From contig CBDCME010000062.1 in the NCBI GenBank assembly GCA_965218865.1, forward strand, positions 91,671-155,670: DNA of 64,000 nucleotides, given 5' to 3'. Both the position numbers and the translations under genes were made by a program. Shown piece by piece: positions 28,201-38,731 of this stretch (the first letter of the stretch is position 1; the number at the start of each line of letters is the position of its first letter). This DNA is from Alphaproteobacteria bacterium. Its GTDB lineage: Bacteria; Pseudomonadota; Alphaproteobacteria; JAAXGF01. The notes beneath the pieces are model-generated. The model was not told the origin of the DNA. It did no database searches and saw only the letters and a list, made by a program, of their open reading frames with translations.

Positions 28201-29997
28201 TCAGGCGATGGGCGCGGTCATGATCGCGTCGAGGGCCTCCTGCGCCCGGGCGGCATAGTGCCGGTTGGCCTCGGGCAGATAACGGAAGCGTCCGTCGCAG
28301 CGCACGATGGCGATGGCCGCGTTGGTCAAGCAGGCGAGATTTCTGGGCAGGTGACGCACGTAGGCCCGGCATCGGTCTTCGTCGTAGGTGAAGTCGCGCA
28401 CGTAGTGCAGGCGGTTCTCGATATGCCAGTGGTTGCGCACCAGTTCGAGCAACTCCTCGGGTCCGGCGCGCTCTGCGCCGAGCGAGGTGAGGCTCCAGGT
28501 CACCTCGATGCTGCGCTTGCCGGTCTTGAGGATCTCGCGTTCGCGCTCGATGCGCATGGCCTGGCGTCGCCCGTGGAGGTTGGCGTAGCCGTCCCACTCG
28601 GCAGCGGAGAGGTCGACGACGGCGCAGCGTCGGCGCTTGATGCGGCCATGGCCCTTGTCGACGGTTTCGTGCCAGAGCGCATCGCTGAAGTCGATCGCCT
28701 TGAGGTCTTCGAAGATCATCTCCTGGTTGTCCTTGACCGCGCTCATCACGTAGTCGGCGCGACGCCCGAGCAGGCAGCGCGCGGTCTCGTGCTGAGCGTG
28801 CATCGCGTCCATGGTGACGATCCGGCCTGTGAGGTCGAGGCCGCTGGAGAGTTCGCGCACGGCCGGGATTTCGTTGCTCTTGCGGTCGACCTCGACCTGC
28901 CCGAGGACCACGCCGGTGTCGTGCTCGACCGCCGCCACCATCATCCTGCGCCCGTCTTCGGTCTGCTTCGAGGCGCCGCGCAGATCCTTTCCGTCCATGG
29001 CGACCGGCGCGTGCGCGCTGCCATGCTGGCCGGTCCACTGGCTAATCGCGTTGTCCAGGGTCTCTGGCGGCAGGGCGGTGAGGGTCTTGTGGAAGGTGGT
29101 GATCGCGGGCGGGGTGTAGCGCTGTTTGGAAGGGCTCCAGAACGCACCCACCGCCTCGAGCTGCTCCTGGGAGAGCAGGGCGGCGAACTGGGCGAACGCG
29201 TTCACCCCCCGGTATCCGGCAAGCCGGGCGGCGACGGCGATCACCAGAATGGTGTTGAGCGCATAGCGCTTGCCCCGGGCATGGCGGTACTCGGGCACCT
29301 CACCCAGACACTCGAACAGGCTGCGCAGCCGGGGCGCGGCCATCGGCTCGGTGTGCTGCTCGGCGTTCCAGTGTGCCGGCATCCCGGTACGGCTCAGCGC
29401 CTCGGGGGCGCCGTCTGTCAGTCCGAACACGAAGACCTCCTTGGGCTGACCGTGGTGGCGCCAGCGCGCTGCCCCTCCGGGCTCACGGGCAAAGCCCCGC
29501 GTCAGCCCCAGAGAGCGCCAGTTCGACGCGCGGTAGCAGGTGCCGGCAAATCGCGAGACGTCCACGAACGTCTCCGCCAGAAGAGCCGGATATCCGTGCA
29601 CCGCCTGGATGTCCTCAGACAGCCGCCGCAGGCTCAGCCCCAGCACACGGGAGGCCAGGTTCGGCACTCGGCCAGGCGTCAGAATGACGAAGCGCGAGTT
29701 GTTGGCGATCAGATGCAGACGCCGGAACTGCTGCTCGGCCGACCACCCGATCCAGCGATCACGCGCGCCCAGCTTGAACGCGCCGGGCTGCCAGCCGATC
29801 AGTGCGAGCCAGGTCTCGCCATGCACCGCGACATGGCGCAGGCCCTTGCCGATGACGCCGTGGAACGCCAGGTAGTGGTGCTGCTCCACCAACCGGTCCC
29901 AGCGCCGGTGCTCCTGCGCGCCCCAGGTCGGACGCACCGTGACCGCGCGCAAATCAATGGACGAATCCGAGACCGGCAGCGTCGCCATGACCGGCAC
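28201..29997 (-). CDS. ISAs1-family (H-repeat/IS4-like) transposase with ~230-aa N-terminal extension (598 aa)
   Basis: C-terminal 370 aa (EVPEYRHARGKRYALNTILVIAVAARLAGYRGVNAFAQFA...MDAMHAQHETARC...NHWHIENRLHYVRDFTYDEDRCR) is canonical ISAs1 DDE transposase. Identical to 36087-37883 except K/E at one position. Confidence 0.8.
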   Translation of the reverse strand: MPVMATLPVSDSSIDLRAVTVRPTWGAQEHRRWDRLVEQHHYLAFHGVIGKGLRHVAVHGETWLALIGWQPGAFKLGARDRWIGWSAEQQFRRLHLIANNSRFVILTPGRVPNLASRVLGLSLRRLSEDIQAVHGYPALLAETFVDVSRFAGTCYRASNWRSLGLTRGFAREPGGAARWRHHGQPKEVFVFGLTDGAPEALSRTGMPAHWNAEQHTEPMAAPRLRSLFECLGEVPEYRHARGKRYALNTILVIAVAARLAGYRGVNAFAQFAALLSQEQLEAVGAFWSPSKQRYTPPAITTFHKTLTALPPETLDNAISQWTGQHGSAHAPVAMDGKDLRGASKQTEDGRRMMVAAVEHDTGVVLGQVEVDRKSNEIPAVRELSSGLDLTGRIVTMDAMHAQHETARCLLGRRADYVMSAVKDNQEMIFEDLKAIDFSDALWHETVDKGHGRIKRRRCAVVDLSAAEWDGYANLHGRRQAMRIEREREILKTGKRSIEVTWSLTSLGAERAGPEELLELVRNHWHIENRLHYVRDFTYDEDRCRAYVRHLPRNLACLTNAAIAIVRCDGRFRYLPEANRHYAARAQEALDAIMTAPIA

Positions 29998-30197
29998 ACT
30001 GCCACACCGAGAATGAAATGGCCAGCGCCGCGATCACCTCACCCTGATCACTGGGCGGACAAAAAACTAGCCCTGCTCGCGTGAGCCGCAGGCTTGCGTT
30101 ATCCTGAAAAAGGACGTATTTCGGTGATGCTTCCGGGCGCGGGTGCGGCCGTTCGAACGGCTTCAGCGTTGGCGTCGAACTCGATTGGGGGGTAGAA

Positions 30198-30875
30198 GTG
30201 AAAAATTCATTCGCGCGAGTATCAAGTTGGCTGGGATTCTTGATCGTTTTCCTGCCGGGCGTGGCTATCGCCGATGTGGCCGGCATGGCGACGGTCTTGG
30301 ACGGGAACAGTCTGCAGTTCGAAACCGAACGGGTTCGTCTGATGGGCGTTGACGCGCCAGACCCGGGGCAGACTTGCATCGCGGACGGCCAGATATGGAA
30401 TTGCGGGGCCGACGCGGCCAAAGCCTTGGCCGATCGGATAGGAGAGTCCGTCGTTATGTGCCGGGGTGCCGAGCGCGATGCGAATGGGAATCTCCTCGCC
30501 ATTTGCTTTGCCGGCCGGGACGACATCAACCAATGGCTCGTGTCTGAAGGCTTGGCGGTAGCCAACCGTCAACAGAGCGGTGATTACACCGACGAGGAAT
30601 CGATCGCCCGACTTTCGCGGCGGGGAATTTGGCGGGGTGAATTCACCCTTCCGTCCCTATGGCGGGAAGGACAGCGGATATCGGGCCAGGCGATTTCGTC
30701 CGCGACCGGGGAATGCATCGTCAAGGGCGATATCACCGATCGGGGCATTCGCGTCTATCACGAACCCGGGGGCAAGCTCTACGAAGGTGTGGAAATCGAC
30801 ACCGCGGCGGGCGAGCGCTGGTTCTGCAGCGCCGAGGAAGCACAGCGCCACGGATTCCGTCCCGCAAAGGAATAA
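30198..30875 (+). CDS. secreted thermonuclease (SNase-like) family protein
   Basis: Signal peptide; ...VLDGNSLQFETERVRLMGVDAPDPGQTC...ANGNLLAICFAGRDDINQWLVSEGLAVA fits the staphylococcal-nuclease fold, with a C-terminal extension. Confidence 0.6.
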   Translation: MKNSFARVSSWLGFLIVFLPGVAIADVAGMATVLDGNSLQFETERVRLMGVDAPDPGQTCIADGQIWNCGADAAKALADRIGESVVMCRGAERDANGNLLAICFAGRDDINQWLVSEGLAVANRQQSGDYTDEESIARLSRRGIWRGEFTLPSLWREGQRISGQAISSATGECIVKGDITDRGIRVYHEPGGKLYEGVEIDTAAGERWFCSAEEAQRHGFRPAKE

Positions 30876-30937
30876 TCGTCGACTCCCTCGCCCACGGCAC
30901 CGCCACGCGTGTATTTAAGGGTGATTGAGCGGCAGGG

Positions 30938-32563
30938 TTACATGTTGCCGTAATTCGGACCACCGCCGCCCTCGGGGGGGACCCAGCGGATGTTCTGGGT
31001 CGGGTCCTTGATGTCGCAAGTCTTGCAGTGGATACAGTTCTGGGCGTTGATCACAAGGCGAGGATTTTGGTCCTCGCGAAGAAATTCGTACACGCCGGCG
31101 GGGCAATAGCGCTGTTCGAGACCGTCGTAGAGGGCCAGATTGACGTTGACCGCCCGGCTTGGATCATCGAGCCGCAAGTGCTGAGCCTGATCCTCCTCGT
31201 GCATGGTATTTGATAGCTGGACCGACGAGGCTTTGTCGAAGGTGAGGACGTCGTCTGGCTTGGGGTAGGTGATGGGGCGGCATTCGGTTGCCTTTTTCAG
31301 ACGCTCGTGGTCGGTGCCATGGTGCCAAGTCCAAGGCGCGCGCCCGCGCAGCGCATAGGCGTCGAAGGCCGCGTGGGCGAGACCTCCCCAGAGTCCGAAG
31401 CGAAACCCGGGACGAATGTTGCGCGCCAGATGGAGCTCGCGGTAGACCCACGATCGCCGCAACGTTTCTTCGTAGTCGGCGAGAACCGGGAGGGGGCCGT
31501 CGTCCAGGACCGCGAAAGTCGCCTCGGCGGCCAGCATACCCGATTTCATTGCCGTATGGGTTCCCTTGATTTTGGGCACGTTGAGGAAACCCGCGGCATC
31601 GCCGAGAAGGGCGCCGCCCGGAAATACGAGGCGCGGGAGTGATTGAAGCCCGCCTTCGTTCAGGGCCCGGGCCCCGTAGCCGATGCGCCTGCCGCCGCGA
31701 AACGTGGACCTGATTGCCGGGTGCGTCTTGAACCTCTGCAGTTCGTCGAAGGGACTCAAGGTGGGGTTGGCGTAATCGAGGCCAACGACGAAACCGACCG
31801 CCACTTGCCGCTCCGCCGCATGGTAAAGAAACGAGCCCCCATAGGTTTTTCCGTCGAGAGGCCAACCCACGGTGTGCAGAACGGTGCCCTCCCGGTGTTG
31901 TTCCGGACTCACTTCCCAAAGTTCCTTGACCCCGATTGCATAGGTTTGGGGATCGGCCTCCTGGCGCAGATCGAAGCGCCGACACAATTCTCCGGCCAGC
32001 GAGCCGCGGCAACCCTCGGCGACGAGGGTGGTGCGCGCTTCCAGGTCGATGCCGGGTTGATAATTCGTTTTGTGGCCTCCGTCCCGGGCCACGCCCATGT
32101 CGCCGGTGGCGACGCCGCGGACGCCGCCGTCTGCGTCCAGGAGCGGCGCCACGGCGGCGAAGCCGGGGAAAATCTCGACCCCGAGCGCCTCCGCCTCGGC
32201 CGCGAGCCAACGGCAGAGGTTTCCGAGGCTGACGATGTAATTGCCTCGGTTTCCCATCGCCGAGGGCGTCGGCAGCGGAATCATCGCCGTGCGCGTGAGC
32301 CAGGCGAAACGGTCGTGGGTGACCGCCGTTTCAAGGGGAGCGCCGCGGCCCCGCCAGTCCGGAATCAGCTCGTCCAGGGCCCGGGTTTCGATGACCGCGC
32401 CGGAAAGGATATGGGCGCCCACCTCGGCGCCCTTCTCGATGACGCAGACGCTAAGCTCGCGGCCCCGTTCCCGGCTCAATTGCCGCAGCCGAATCGCCGC
32501 CGCCAGACCGGAAGGACCGGCCCCGACGACGACCACGTCGACCGCCATCGTTTCGCGTTTCAT
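30938..32563 (-). CDS. electron-transfer flavoprotein-ubiquinone oxidoreductase (ETF-QO)
   Basis: FAD motif VDVVVVGAGPSGLAAAIRL and C-terminal 4Fe-4S ferredoxin-like CIHCKTCDIKDP...NIRWVPPEGGGGPNY. Confidence 0.85.
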   Translation of the reverse strand: MKRETMAVDVVVVGAGPSGLAAAIRLRQLSRERGRELSVCVIEKGAEVGAHILSGAVIETRALDELIPDWRGRGAPLETAVTHDRFAWLTRTAMIPLPTPSAMGNRGNYIVSLGNLCRWLAAEAEALGVEIFPGFAAVAPLLDADGGVRGVATGDMGVARDGGHKTNYQPGIDLEARTTLVAEGCRGSLAGELCRRFDLRQEADPQTYAIGVKELWEVSPEQHREGTVLHTVGWPLDGKTYGGSFLYHAAERQVAVGFVVGLDYANPTLSPFDELQRFKTHPAIRSTFRGGRRIGYGARALNEGGLQSLPRLVFPGGALLGDAAGFLNVPKIKGTHTAMKSGMLAAEATFAVLDDGPLPVLADYEETLRRSWVYRELHLARNIRPGFRFGLWGGLAHAAFDAYALRGRAPWTWHHGTDHERLKKATECRPITYPKPDDVLTFDKASSVQLSNTMHEEDQAQHLRLDDPSRAVNVNLALYDGLEQRYCPAGVYEFLREDQNPRLVINAQNCIHCKTCDIKDPTQNIRWVPPEGGGGPNYGNM

Positions 32564-32688
32564 CACCGCACCCGTGCCGGCCCCCGCCACGCTCCCGCCC
32601 TCCGGTTATGCCCCCTGACATCCCCTCGGTCAATCAATCCCCCGCTCGGCGCGTGGCGGTGGGTTGGGGGGCGTGATAGGGTGGCTGG

Positions 32689-33462
32689 ATGGGACGAACG
32701 TCGGTTCAATTGCTTGAGTGGTACATTGCGGCGGGGGCCGACGAGGCGATCGGCGAGGTTCCGCGCGACTGCTTCGCGGCGCCACCGCGCCAAACGAATC
32801 CGGGCCCGAAGGCGAGGTCCCGAAGGCCGCCCGGCGCCGTGGTTTCCCTGGGCGCGGCGGCGGCACTGAGCGCGGCGGAAATCGCCGCCGCCTGCACGAG
32901 CATCGAGGAGCTGGTGGTGGCGATCAAGGCTTTCGAGGGCTGCGCGCTGAAGGAAACGGCGACCAACACCTGCGTTTACGACGGCAATCCCAGCGCCGAC
33001 CTCGTTTTCATCGGCGAGGCCCCGGGGGCCGAGGAAGACCGCCGGGGTCTTCCCTTCGTCGGTCGCGCGGGAAGGCTGCTCGACCGCATGTTGGCGGCGA
33101 TCGGCCGCGGCCGCGACTCGGCCTATATCTCAAACGTCCTATTTTGGCGTCCGCCAGGAAATCGATCGCCGACCCCCGACGAGATCGAAGCCTGCTTGCC
33201 CTTCGTCGACAGGCAGATCTCCCTCATCGCCCCGAAAGTCCTGGTGCTCGTCGGCGGCATCTCGGCCAAGGCGGTGCTCGGGCGAAGCGAAGGCATCACC
33301 CGGCAACGCGGTGTCTGGAGGGAATACAGCCCGCGCGATTCGTCGCTCACGGTTCCGACCACGGCGATCTTCCATCCCGCCTATCTGTTGCGCACGCCGT
33401 TGAAGAAACGCGAGGCCTGGCGCGATCTGCTCGCCATCAAGAAGCGTCTCGGCGCCGACTAG
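32689..33462 (+). CDS. uracil-DNA glycosylase family 4 (UDGa-type)
   Basis: ...[31 protein letters not shown]... (GEAPG motif) and ...[11 protein letters not shown]... (HPS-like motif). The stop codon TAG is contributed by the TIR of a MITE-B copy. Confidence 0.7.
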   Translation: MGRTSVQLLEWYIAAGADEAIGEVPRDCFAAPPRQTNPGPKARSRRPPGAVVSLGAAAALSAAEIAAACTSIEELVVAIKAFEGCALKETATNTCVYDGNPSADLVFIGEAPGAEEDRRGLPFVGRAGRLLDRMLAAIGRGRDSAYISNVLFWRPPGNRSPTPDEIEACLPFVDRQISLIAPKVLVLVGGISAKAVLGRSEGITRQRGVWREYSPRDSSLTVPTTAIFHPAYLLRTPLKKREAWRDLLAIKKRLGAD

Positions 33463-33567
33463 TGCACCGGCGCATTCACTTCGTTCACGCCCTCGTGCAC
33501 CAGGCCATTGTCGATGCATCAACTTTCCAAACTTCGGCTGTCGCCTCCGTTTGGGTCGATGCACTAG
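33459..33567 (-). repeat. MITE-B copy 1 (109-bp element with 8-bp TIR CTAGTGCA)
   Basis: CTAGTGCACCGGCGCATTCACTTCGTTCAC...CGTTTGGGTCGATGCACTAG. Same family as 44190-44298 and 45391-45499. Confidence 0.8.
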
Positions 33568-33707
33568 CGCCGCCATTTTCAGCGGCCACTTCTCAGGGAG
33601 GCGGCGAACCCCTCGGGATGTTGTGATCGTCAGGGCCAACAGGAGGCCGCCGAGAATTGCCGCCACCAGGCCGATGCGGGTGAACCGCCGCAGCGTGCGG
33701 TCATCGC

Positions 33708-33838
33708 GGAACCGGCCCTCTCCCCCTCCCGGCCACCCATATCAGCAACCTCTCGTGGGTGGCCGGGAGGGGGAGAGGGCCGGAACAAACACAAAAAATG
33801 CGCGGAGGCGCATTTTCGAACAGGGTCAGAAGAATTCG
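33708..33838 (+). repeat. MITE-A copy c (5'-truncated)
   Basis: Hairpin and right TIR present; left TIR missing. Confidence 0.7.
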
Positions 33839-34058
33839 TTTGTCGTTCATTGCGCTGTAATCGCTTACTTTCGCCGGAAACGTTCCGCCGAATGTTCACA
33901 CCGATCCTGGGTGACGATCCGGCAGTGAAACCCGCCGCCGGCATTGTATCAGTTTTTCAGAGATGAAATTCGTCGCGGTGACTTCTCCGGGAAGCCCGGC
34001 GAACTTTTGTGCAAATCTTTCTTTGACCTGGAGCCCATGGTGTTTATAAGGGTATCTG

Positions 34059-34775
34059 GTGGTCCTGGGCTTGGCCACAACAGCGCCGCGCGGGCCGCCG
34101 TGCCTGGCCGCGAAGCAAGGGGGTATCGCAATACCCAAAATCGTCGCCGTGGCGAATTTAAAGGGCGGATGTGGAAAGACGACCCTCGCCGTCAATCTCG
34201 CGTGCGAACTCTTGAGCCAGCGAACCTCGGTCGCCGTGGTCGACGCGGACGGCCAAGGCTCGGCCACCTATTGGGCCGAGGAAGGGGAACTTCCGGTTAC
34301 CGTGGTGTCCCTTCCCTTGGGGAATCGCCGTGGCGCGGAGAGTTGGATCGCCCATGTTCTCAGTCTCACCGACGACATCGCGGTCATCGATTGCCCGCCC
34401 CAAATCGGTGCCGCCACCGAGGCGGCGGTCGGTATCGCCGATCTGGTGCTGGTTCCGGTCACGCCCTCGGTTGCCGACCTCGCGGCAACCGCGGCGGCGC
34501 TGGAGTTGGTCAACGGCGCGACTGAGGCGCGCCAGGACGGCGGGCCCGGCTGTTTGCTCATACCGTCGAAGGTGGATGCGCGCACGAACGCCGGGCGCGG
34601 AATCGAAGAAGTCCTAAGAGGATTGGAGGAAGCGGTCGCCCCCGCGGTGGGCCAGAGAACGGCCTTTGTCGATTCGTTCGGAGCTGGCCATTGGATCGGC
34701 CATTATTCCCCGCGGAGCAAGGCCTACGCCGACATCAAGGCATTGGCCAAGGTGGTCCGCAGATTCATGCGCTAG
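34059..34775 (+). CDS. ParA/MinD-family ATPase (orphan partition-type ATPase)
   Basis: IVAVANLKGGCGKTTLAVNLA (deviant Walker A), ...VVDADGQGSATYW..., ...AVIDCPPQIG.... No parB or parS-like partner nearby. The true start is uncertain (no canonical start codon near KIVAVA). Confidence 0.7.
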   Translation: MVLGLATTAPRGPPCLAAKQGGIAIPKIVAVANLKGGCGKTTLAVNLACELLSQRTSVAVVDADGQGSATYWAEEGELPVTVVSLPLGNRRGAESWIAHVLSLTDDIAVIDCPPQIGAATEAAVGIADLVLVPVTPSVADLAATAAALELVNGATEARQDGGPGCLLIPSKVDARTNAGRGIEEVLRGLEEAVAPAVGQRTAFVDSFGAGHWIGHYSPRSKAYADIKALAKVVRRFMR

Positions 34776-35196
34776 ACCGGTACCGTGGTTCTATGAACTC
34801 TCGCTCGGATGAGCCGGCGGACCGACCGCGGCCGTGGGGACGATTCTGTCGAGAACACCGTACCAGTGATTGTTGCGGCAGACGGCAACCGCGTTCGCGA
34901 GACCGAGGTCGGCGACCAGGTTTGCGGCCAGGTCGCCGATTTTATCGGATTTTCTTTCAGGCGCCGATTGCAGTGAACGGTTCATTTCCTTTGTACCTTT
35001 CGCGGGGAGACCGATGGGGTTGGTTCCCGAGAATTCCGGACCCTGCTTTTCGGCCGGTCGGGGCTGACTTGACGAGAGGCAGGCTAGCTCGGAATTGGGG
35101 CCAAAATACGTAACCTCGGTCACAGTTTGGACGGATTGCGAGAATTCCGACCGTCGTTCAACGATCCGGTCGATGTTCACGGCGTCGTCGCCCGGT

Positions 35197-35730
35197 TCAG
35201 TGCTGGTTATTTCGTGATCCGAGGTAAGCGAGCATCGTATCGGCGTCGGATACTTCAAAAGGATCGCCGGGGCTGTTGTCGGCATAACCGGGTTCGACGA
35301 ACATCTTTTCGATATCGCCATCGACGACGTACATCGAGTACCGCCAACTCCGCATGCCGAAGCCGAGGTTCGATTTGTCGACCAGCATGCCCATCTTGCG
35401 GCTGAACTCACCATTGCCGTCGGGCAGCAGGAAGACGTTGCGCGCGCCCTGGCTCTTTCCCCAGCGAAACATCACGAAGGCGTCGTTCACCGAAAGGCAG
35501 ACGATGTCGTCCACGCCGAGCTTCCTGAATTCTTCGTAAGCTTCCTCGTACGCGGGCAAATGGCTCGTATCGCAGGTGGGCGTAAAGGCGCCGGGTAGGG
35601 CGAAGAGGACGACGCGTTTACCCTTGAACACTTCGGCGGAGGTCAGGGACTTCCATCCGAAAGGATTGGGATCGCTCAGTGATTCGTTGCGAACGCGGGT
35701 CTTGAAGGTTACCGAGGGTACGTGGATCAT
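35197..35730 (-). CDS. peroxiredoxin (Prx5-like/AhpC-TSA family)
   Basis: ...[27 protein letters not shown]... with the PGAFTPTC peroxidatic cysteine motif. Confidence 0.8.
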   Translation of the reverse strand: MIHVPSVTFKTRVRNESLSDPNPFGWKSLTSAEVFKGKRVVLFALPGAFTPTCDTSHLPAYEEAYEEFRKLGVDDIVCLSVNDAFVMFRWGKSQGARNVFLLPDGNGEFSRKMGMLVDKSNLGFGMRSWRYSMYVVDGDIEKMFVEPGYADNSPGDPFEVSDADTMLAYLGSRNNQH

Positions 35731-36008
35731 GGCTGTGTTCCTTTGCTCATCGAGAGGATTCGGGGGACGGAGAGCCGAGGTCGGCGCTATTTGTCGGAGC
35801 CAATATCCCACGCAGACTCTAATAAATTCCAATTCTATTTTTTATCGATTTCTAATAGATAATTCTTATCACCATCCAGTTCGGGGGAGCTTCGCCCGTG
35901 CCAATCGGCCCGCTCCCCGTGCCACGTGGCATCCAAGAAGGCGCTCGCGACATCGCGAAAACCGACGCCCACGCCGCTAATGTACGAGAAGGTCGAGATG
36001 CTGTTCGC

Positions 36009-38088
36009 CAGGGCTAGTTTTTTGTCCGCCCAGTGATCAGGGTGAGGTGATCGCGGCGCTGGCCATTTCATTCTCGGTGTGGCAGTGTGCCGGTCATGGC
36101 GACGCTGCCGGTCTCGGATTCGTCCATTGATTTGCGCGCGGTCACGGTGCGTCCGACCTGGGGCGCGCAGGAGCACCGGCGCTGGGACCGGTTGGTGGAG
36201 CAGCACCACTACCTGGCGTTCCACGGCGTCATCGGCAAGGGCCTGCGCCATGTCGCGGTGCATGGCGAGACCTGGCTCGCACTGATCGGCTGGCAGCCCG
36301 GCGCGTTCAAGCTGGGCGCGCGTGATCGCTGGATCGGGTGGTCGGCCGAGCAGCAGTTCCGGCGTCTGCATCTGATCGCCAACAACTCGCGCTTCGTCAT
36401 TCTGACGCCTGGCCGAGTGCCGAACCTGGCCTCCCGTGTGCTGGGGCTGAGCCTGCGGCGGCTGTCTGAGGACATCCAGGCGGTGCACGGATATCCGGCT
36501 CTTCTGGCGGAGACGTTCGTGGACGTCTCGCGATTTGCCGGCACCTGCTACCGCGCGTCGAACTGGCGCTCTCTGGGGCTGACGCGGGGCTTTGCCCGTG
36601 AGCCCGGAGGGGCAGCGCGCTGGCGCCACCACGGTCAGCCCAAGGAGGTCTTCGTGTTCGGACTGACAGACGGCGCCCCCGAGGCGCTGAGCCGTACCGG
36701 GATGCCGGCACACTGGAACGCCGAGCAGCACACCGAGCCGATGGCCGCGCCCCGGCTGCGCAGCCTGTTCGAGTGTCTGGGTGAGGTGCCCGAGTACCGC
36801 CATGCCCGGGGCAAGCGCTATGCGCTCAACACCATTCTGGTGATCGCCGTCGCCGCCCGGCTTGCCGGATACCGGGGGGTGAACGCGTTCGCCCAGTTCG
36901 CCGCCCTGCTCTCCCAGGAGCAGCTCGAGGCGGTGGGTGCGTTCTGGAGCCCTTCCAAACAGCGCTACACCCCGCCCGCGATCACCACCTTCCACAAGAC
37001 CCTCACCGCCCTGCCGCCAGAGACCCTGGACAACGCGATTAGCCAGTGGACCGGCCAGCATGGCAGCGCGCACGCGCCGGTCGCCATGGACGGAAAGGAT
37101 CTGCGCGGCGCCTCGAAGCAGACCGAAGACGGGCGCAGGATGATGGTGGCGGCGGTCGAGCACGACACCGGCGTGGTCCTCGGGCAGGTCGAGGTCGACC
37201 GCAAGAGCAACGAAATCCCGGCCGTGCGCGAACTCTCCAGCGGCCTCGACCTCACAGGCCGGATCGTCACCATGGACGCGATGCACGCTCAGCACGAGAC
37301 CGCGCGCTGCCTGCTCGGGCGTCGCGCCGACTACGTGATGAGCGCGGTCAAGGACAACCAGGAGATGATCTTCGAAGACCTCAAGGCGATCGACTTCAGC
37401 GATGCGCTCTGGCACGAAACCGTCGACAAGGGCCATGGCCGCATCGAGCGCCGACGCTGCGCCGTCGTCGACCTCTCCGCTGCCGAGTGGGACGGCTACG
37501 CCAACCTCCACGGGCGACGCCAGGCCATGCGCATCGAGCGCGAACGCGAGATCCTCAAGACCGGCAAGCGCAGCATCGAGGTGACCTGGAGCCTCACCTC
37601 GCTCGGCGCAGAGCGCGCCGGACCCGAGGAGTTGCTCGAACTGGTGCGCAACCACTGGCATATCGAGAACCGCCTGCACTACGTGCGCGACTTCACCTAC
37701 GACGAAGACCGATGCCGGGCCTACGTGCGTCACCTGCCCAGAAATCTCGCCTGCTTGACCAACGCGGCCATCGCCATCGTGCGCTGCGACGGACGCTTCC
37801 GTTATCTGCCCGAGGCCAACCGGCACTATGCCGCCCGGGCGCAGGAGGCCCTCGACGCGATCATGACCGCGCCCATCGCCTGAGACAGCACGCCTCTCCC
37901 CCGGACCGGGACGTGCCGCCGAGCGGTGCGGGCGGACCGGTGTGCCTGTCGAATCCGAAAACGCCGTCCGGTGGCTTCGAGCAGTCCCCATGACGTCGTC
38001 GAGGCAAGCTCGGGGCTCCCCGAACCCCGTGCACCGAGCACGATCCCACTCATCCCGAACCCTCAACCGCGACTAAAAATTGTTCCTG
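36009..38088 (+). mobile_element. ISAs1-family element copy B (2080 bp), 10-bp target duplication TGCTGTTCGC
   Basis: TGCTGTTCGC occurs at 35999-36008 and 38089-38098. In inverted orientation relative to copy A. Confidence 0.8.
36087..37883 (+). CDS. ISAs1-family transposase with N-terminal extension (598 aa)
   Basis: See copy A. Confidence 0.8.
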   Translation: MPVMATLPVSDSSIDLRAVTVRPTWGAQEHRRWDRLVEQHHYLAFHGVIGKGLRHVAVHGETWLALIGWQPGAFKLGARDRWIGWSAEQQFRRLHLIANNSRFVILTPGRVPNLASRVLGLSLRRLSEDIQAVHGYPALLAETFVDVSRFAGTCYRASNWRSLGLTRGFAREPGGAARWRHHGQPKEVFVFGLTDGAPEALSRTGMPAHWNAEQHTEPMAAPRLRSLFECLGEVPEYRHARGKRYALNTILVIAVAARLAGYRGVNAFAQFAALLSQEQLEAVGAFWSPSKQRYTPPAITTFHKTLTALPPETLDNAISQWTGQHGSAHAPVAMDGKDLRGASKQTEDGRRMMVAAVEHDTGVVLGQVEVDRKSNEIPAVRELSSGLDLTGRIVTMDAMHAQHETARCLLGRRADYVMSAVKDNQEMIFEDLKAIDFSDALWHETVDKGHGRIERRRCAVVDLSAAEWDGYANLHGRRQAMRIEREREILKTGKRSIEVTWSLTSLGAERAGPEELLELVRNHWHIENRLHYVRDFTYDEDRCRAYVRHLPRNLACLTNAAIAIVRCDGRFRYLPEANRHYAARAQEALDAIMTAPIA

Positions 38089-38260
38089 TGCTGTTCGCCT
38101 CCCAACGATACATGCGATATGATCTTCGCTCATCGAACGGAGTGGGAATCCAGATTTGACCGTGCCTCGTGGCACTCAAGTCGATCTGTGTTCATTGACC
38201 CCGCGGAACCGCGCTCATTCGCGGCTGGATTGGGCACGAGCCAGACGAAATCGAGATCGG

Positions 38261-38731
38261 ATGCAAAAACGATTGGGAGTGTTGGCCGCGATCATGTTGT
38301 CCGTCACCTTCACGGCGCCAGTCCAGGCGGACTTCGAGCGCGGCTTCAAGGCGTACAGGGAACGGGACCGGGAAACCGCCTTGCGCGAGTTCAAGGCGCT
38401 CGCCGAGCAAGGCGATCCCGCGGGCCAATTCTACCTCGGGGTCATGTACGCCAACGGCGAGGGCGTGACGACGGACAAAGCGGAGGCCGCGAGGTGGTAC
38501 CTTCTATCCGCCGAGCAGGGTTATCTCGATGCCCAACAGAAGCTCGCGCTGTCGTACCGATTCGGTGATGGCGTCCCCCAGGATTACGTCAGTGCCCACA
38601 TGTGGTACAGCCTGGCGGCGGGTCAAGGCTCGATATTCGCGCGCATACAACGCGATCTGTTGGTCAAGAGCATGACGCCCGAGCAACTGGCCGAGGCGCA
38701 GCGTTTGGCCGGCGAGTGGACGCCGAAATGA
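38261..38731 (+). CDS. Sel1-repeat (TPR-like) secreted protein
   Basis: Signal peptide MQKRLGVLAAIMLSVTFTAPVQA plus three Sel1 repeats (...GDPAGQFYLGVMYANGEGV..., ...GYLDAQQKLALSYRFGDGV...). Confidence 0.7.
   Translation: MQKRLGVLAAIMLSVTFTAPVQADFERGFKAYRERDRETALREFKALAEQGDPAGQFYLGVMYANGEGVTTDKAEAARWYLLSAEQGYLDAQQKLALSYRFGDGVPQDYVSAHMWYSLAAGQGSIFARIQRDLLVKSMTPEQLAEAQRLAGEWTPK

Larger units (their letters stand above)
26616..30074 (-). mobile_element. ISAs1-family element copy A (2080-bp IS) carrying a nested IS110 insertion; 12-bp target duplication GCTCGCGTGAGC
   Basis: GCTCGCGTGAGC occurs at 26604-26615 and 30075-30086. Ends are CAGGAACAATTTTTAG... and ...CTAGTTTTTTGTCC-type. Equals copy B (36009-38088) plus 1.38 kb of IS110. 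Confidence 0.75.

Noticed and set aside
27829-30084. 751-aa plus-strand ORF (and its twin 35835-38066 on the minus strand)
   Set aside because: It is antisense to the ISAs1-family transposase, arginine/alanine/glycine-rich and low complexity. Long antisense ORFs of this kind are a routine artefact in 63-65% GC DNA.
33139-33666. ORFs containing HRRIHFVHAPVHQA(I/F)VDASTFQTSAVASVWVDALA (also 44062-45345 and 45224-45595)
   Set aside because: They are translations across MITE-B copies. This is a recurrent-repeat artefact.
26616-38098. Composite transposon formed by the two ISAs1-family copies
   Set aside because: Each copy has its own distinct direct repeat (12 bp versus 10 bp). This indicates two independent insertions rather than one transposition of an IS-gene-IS unit. 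Only recombinational inversion is proposed.
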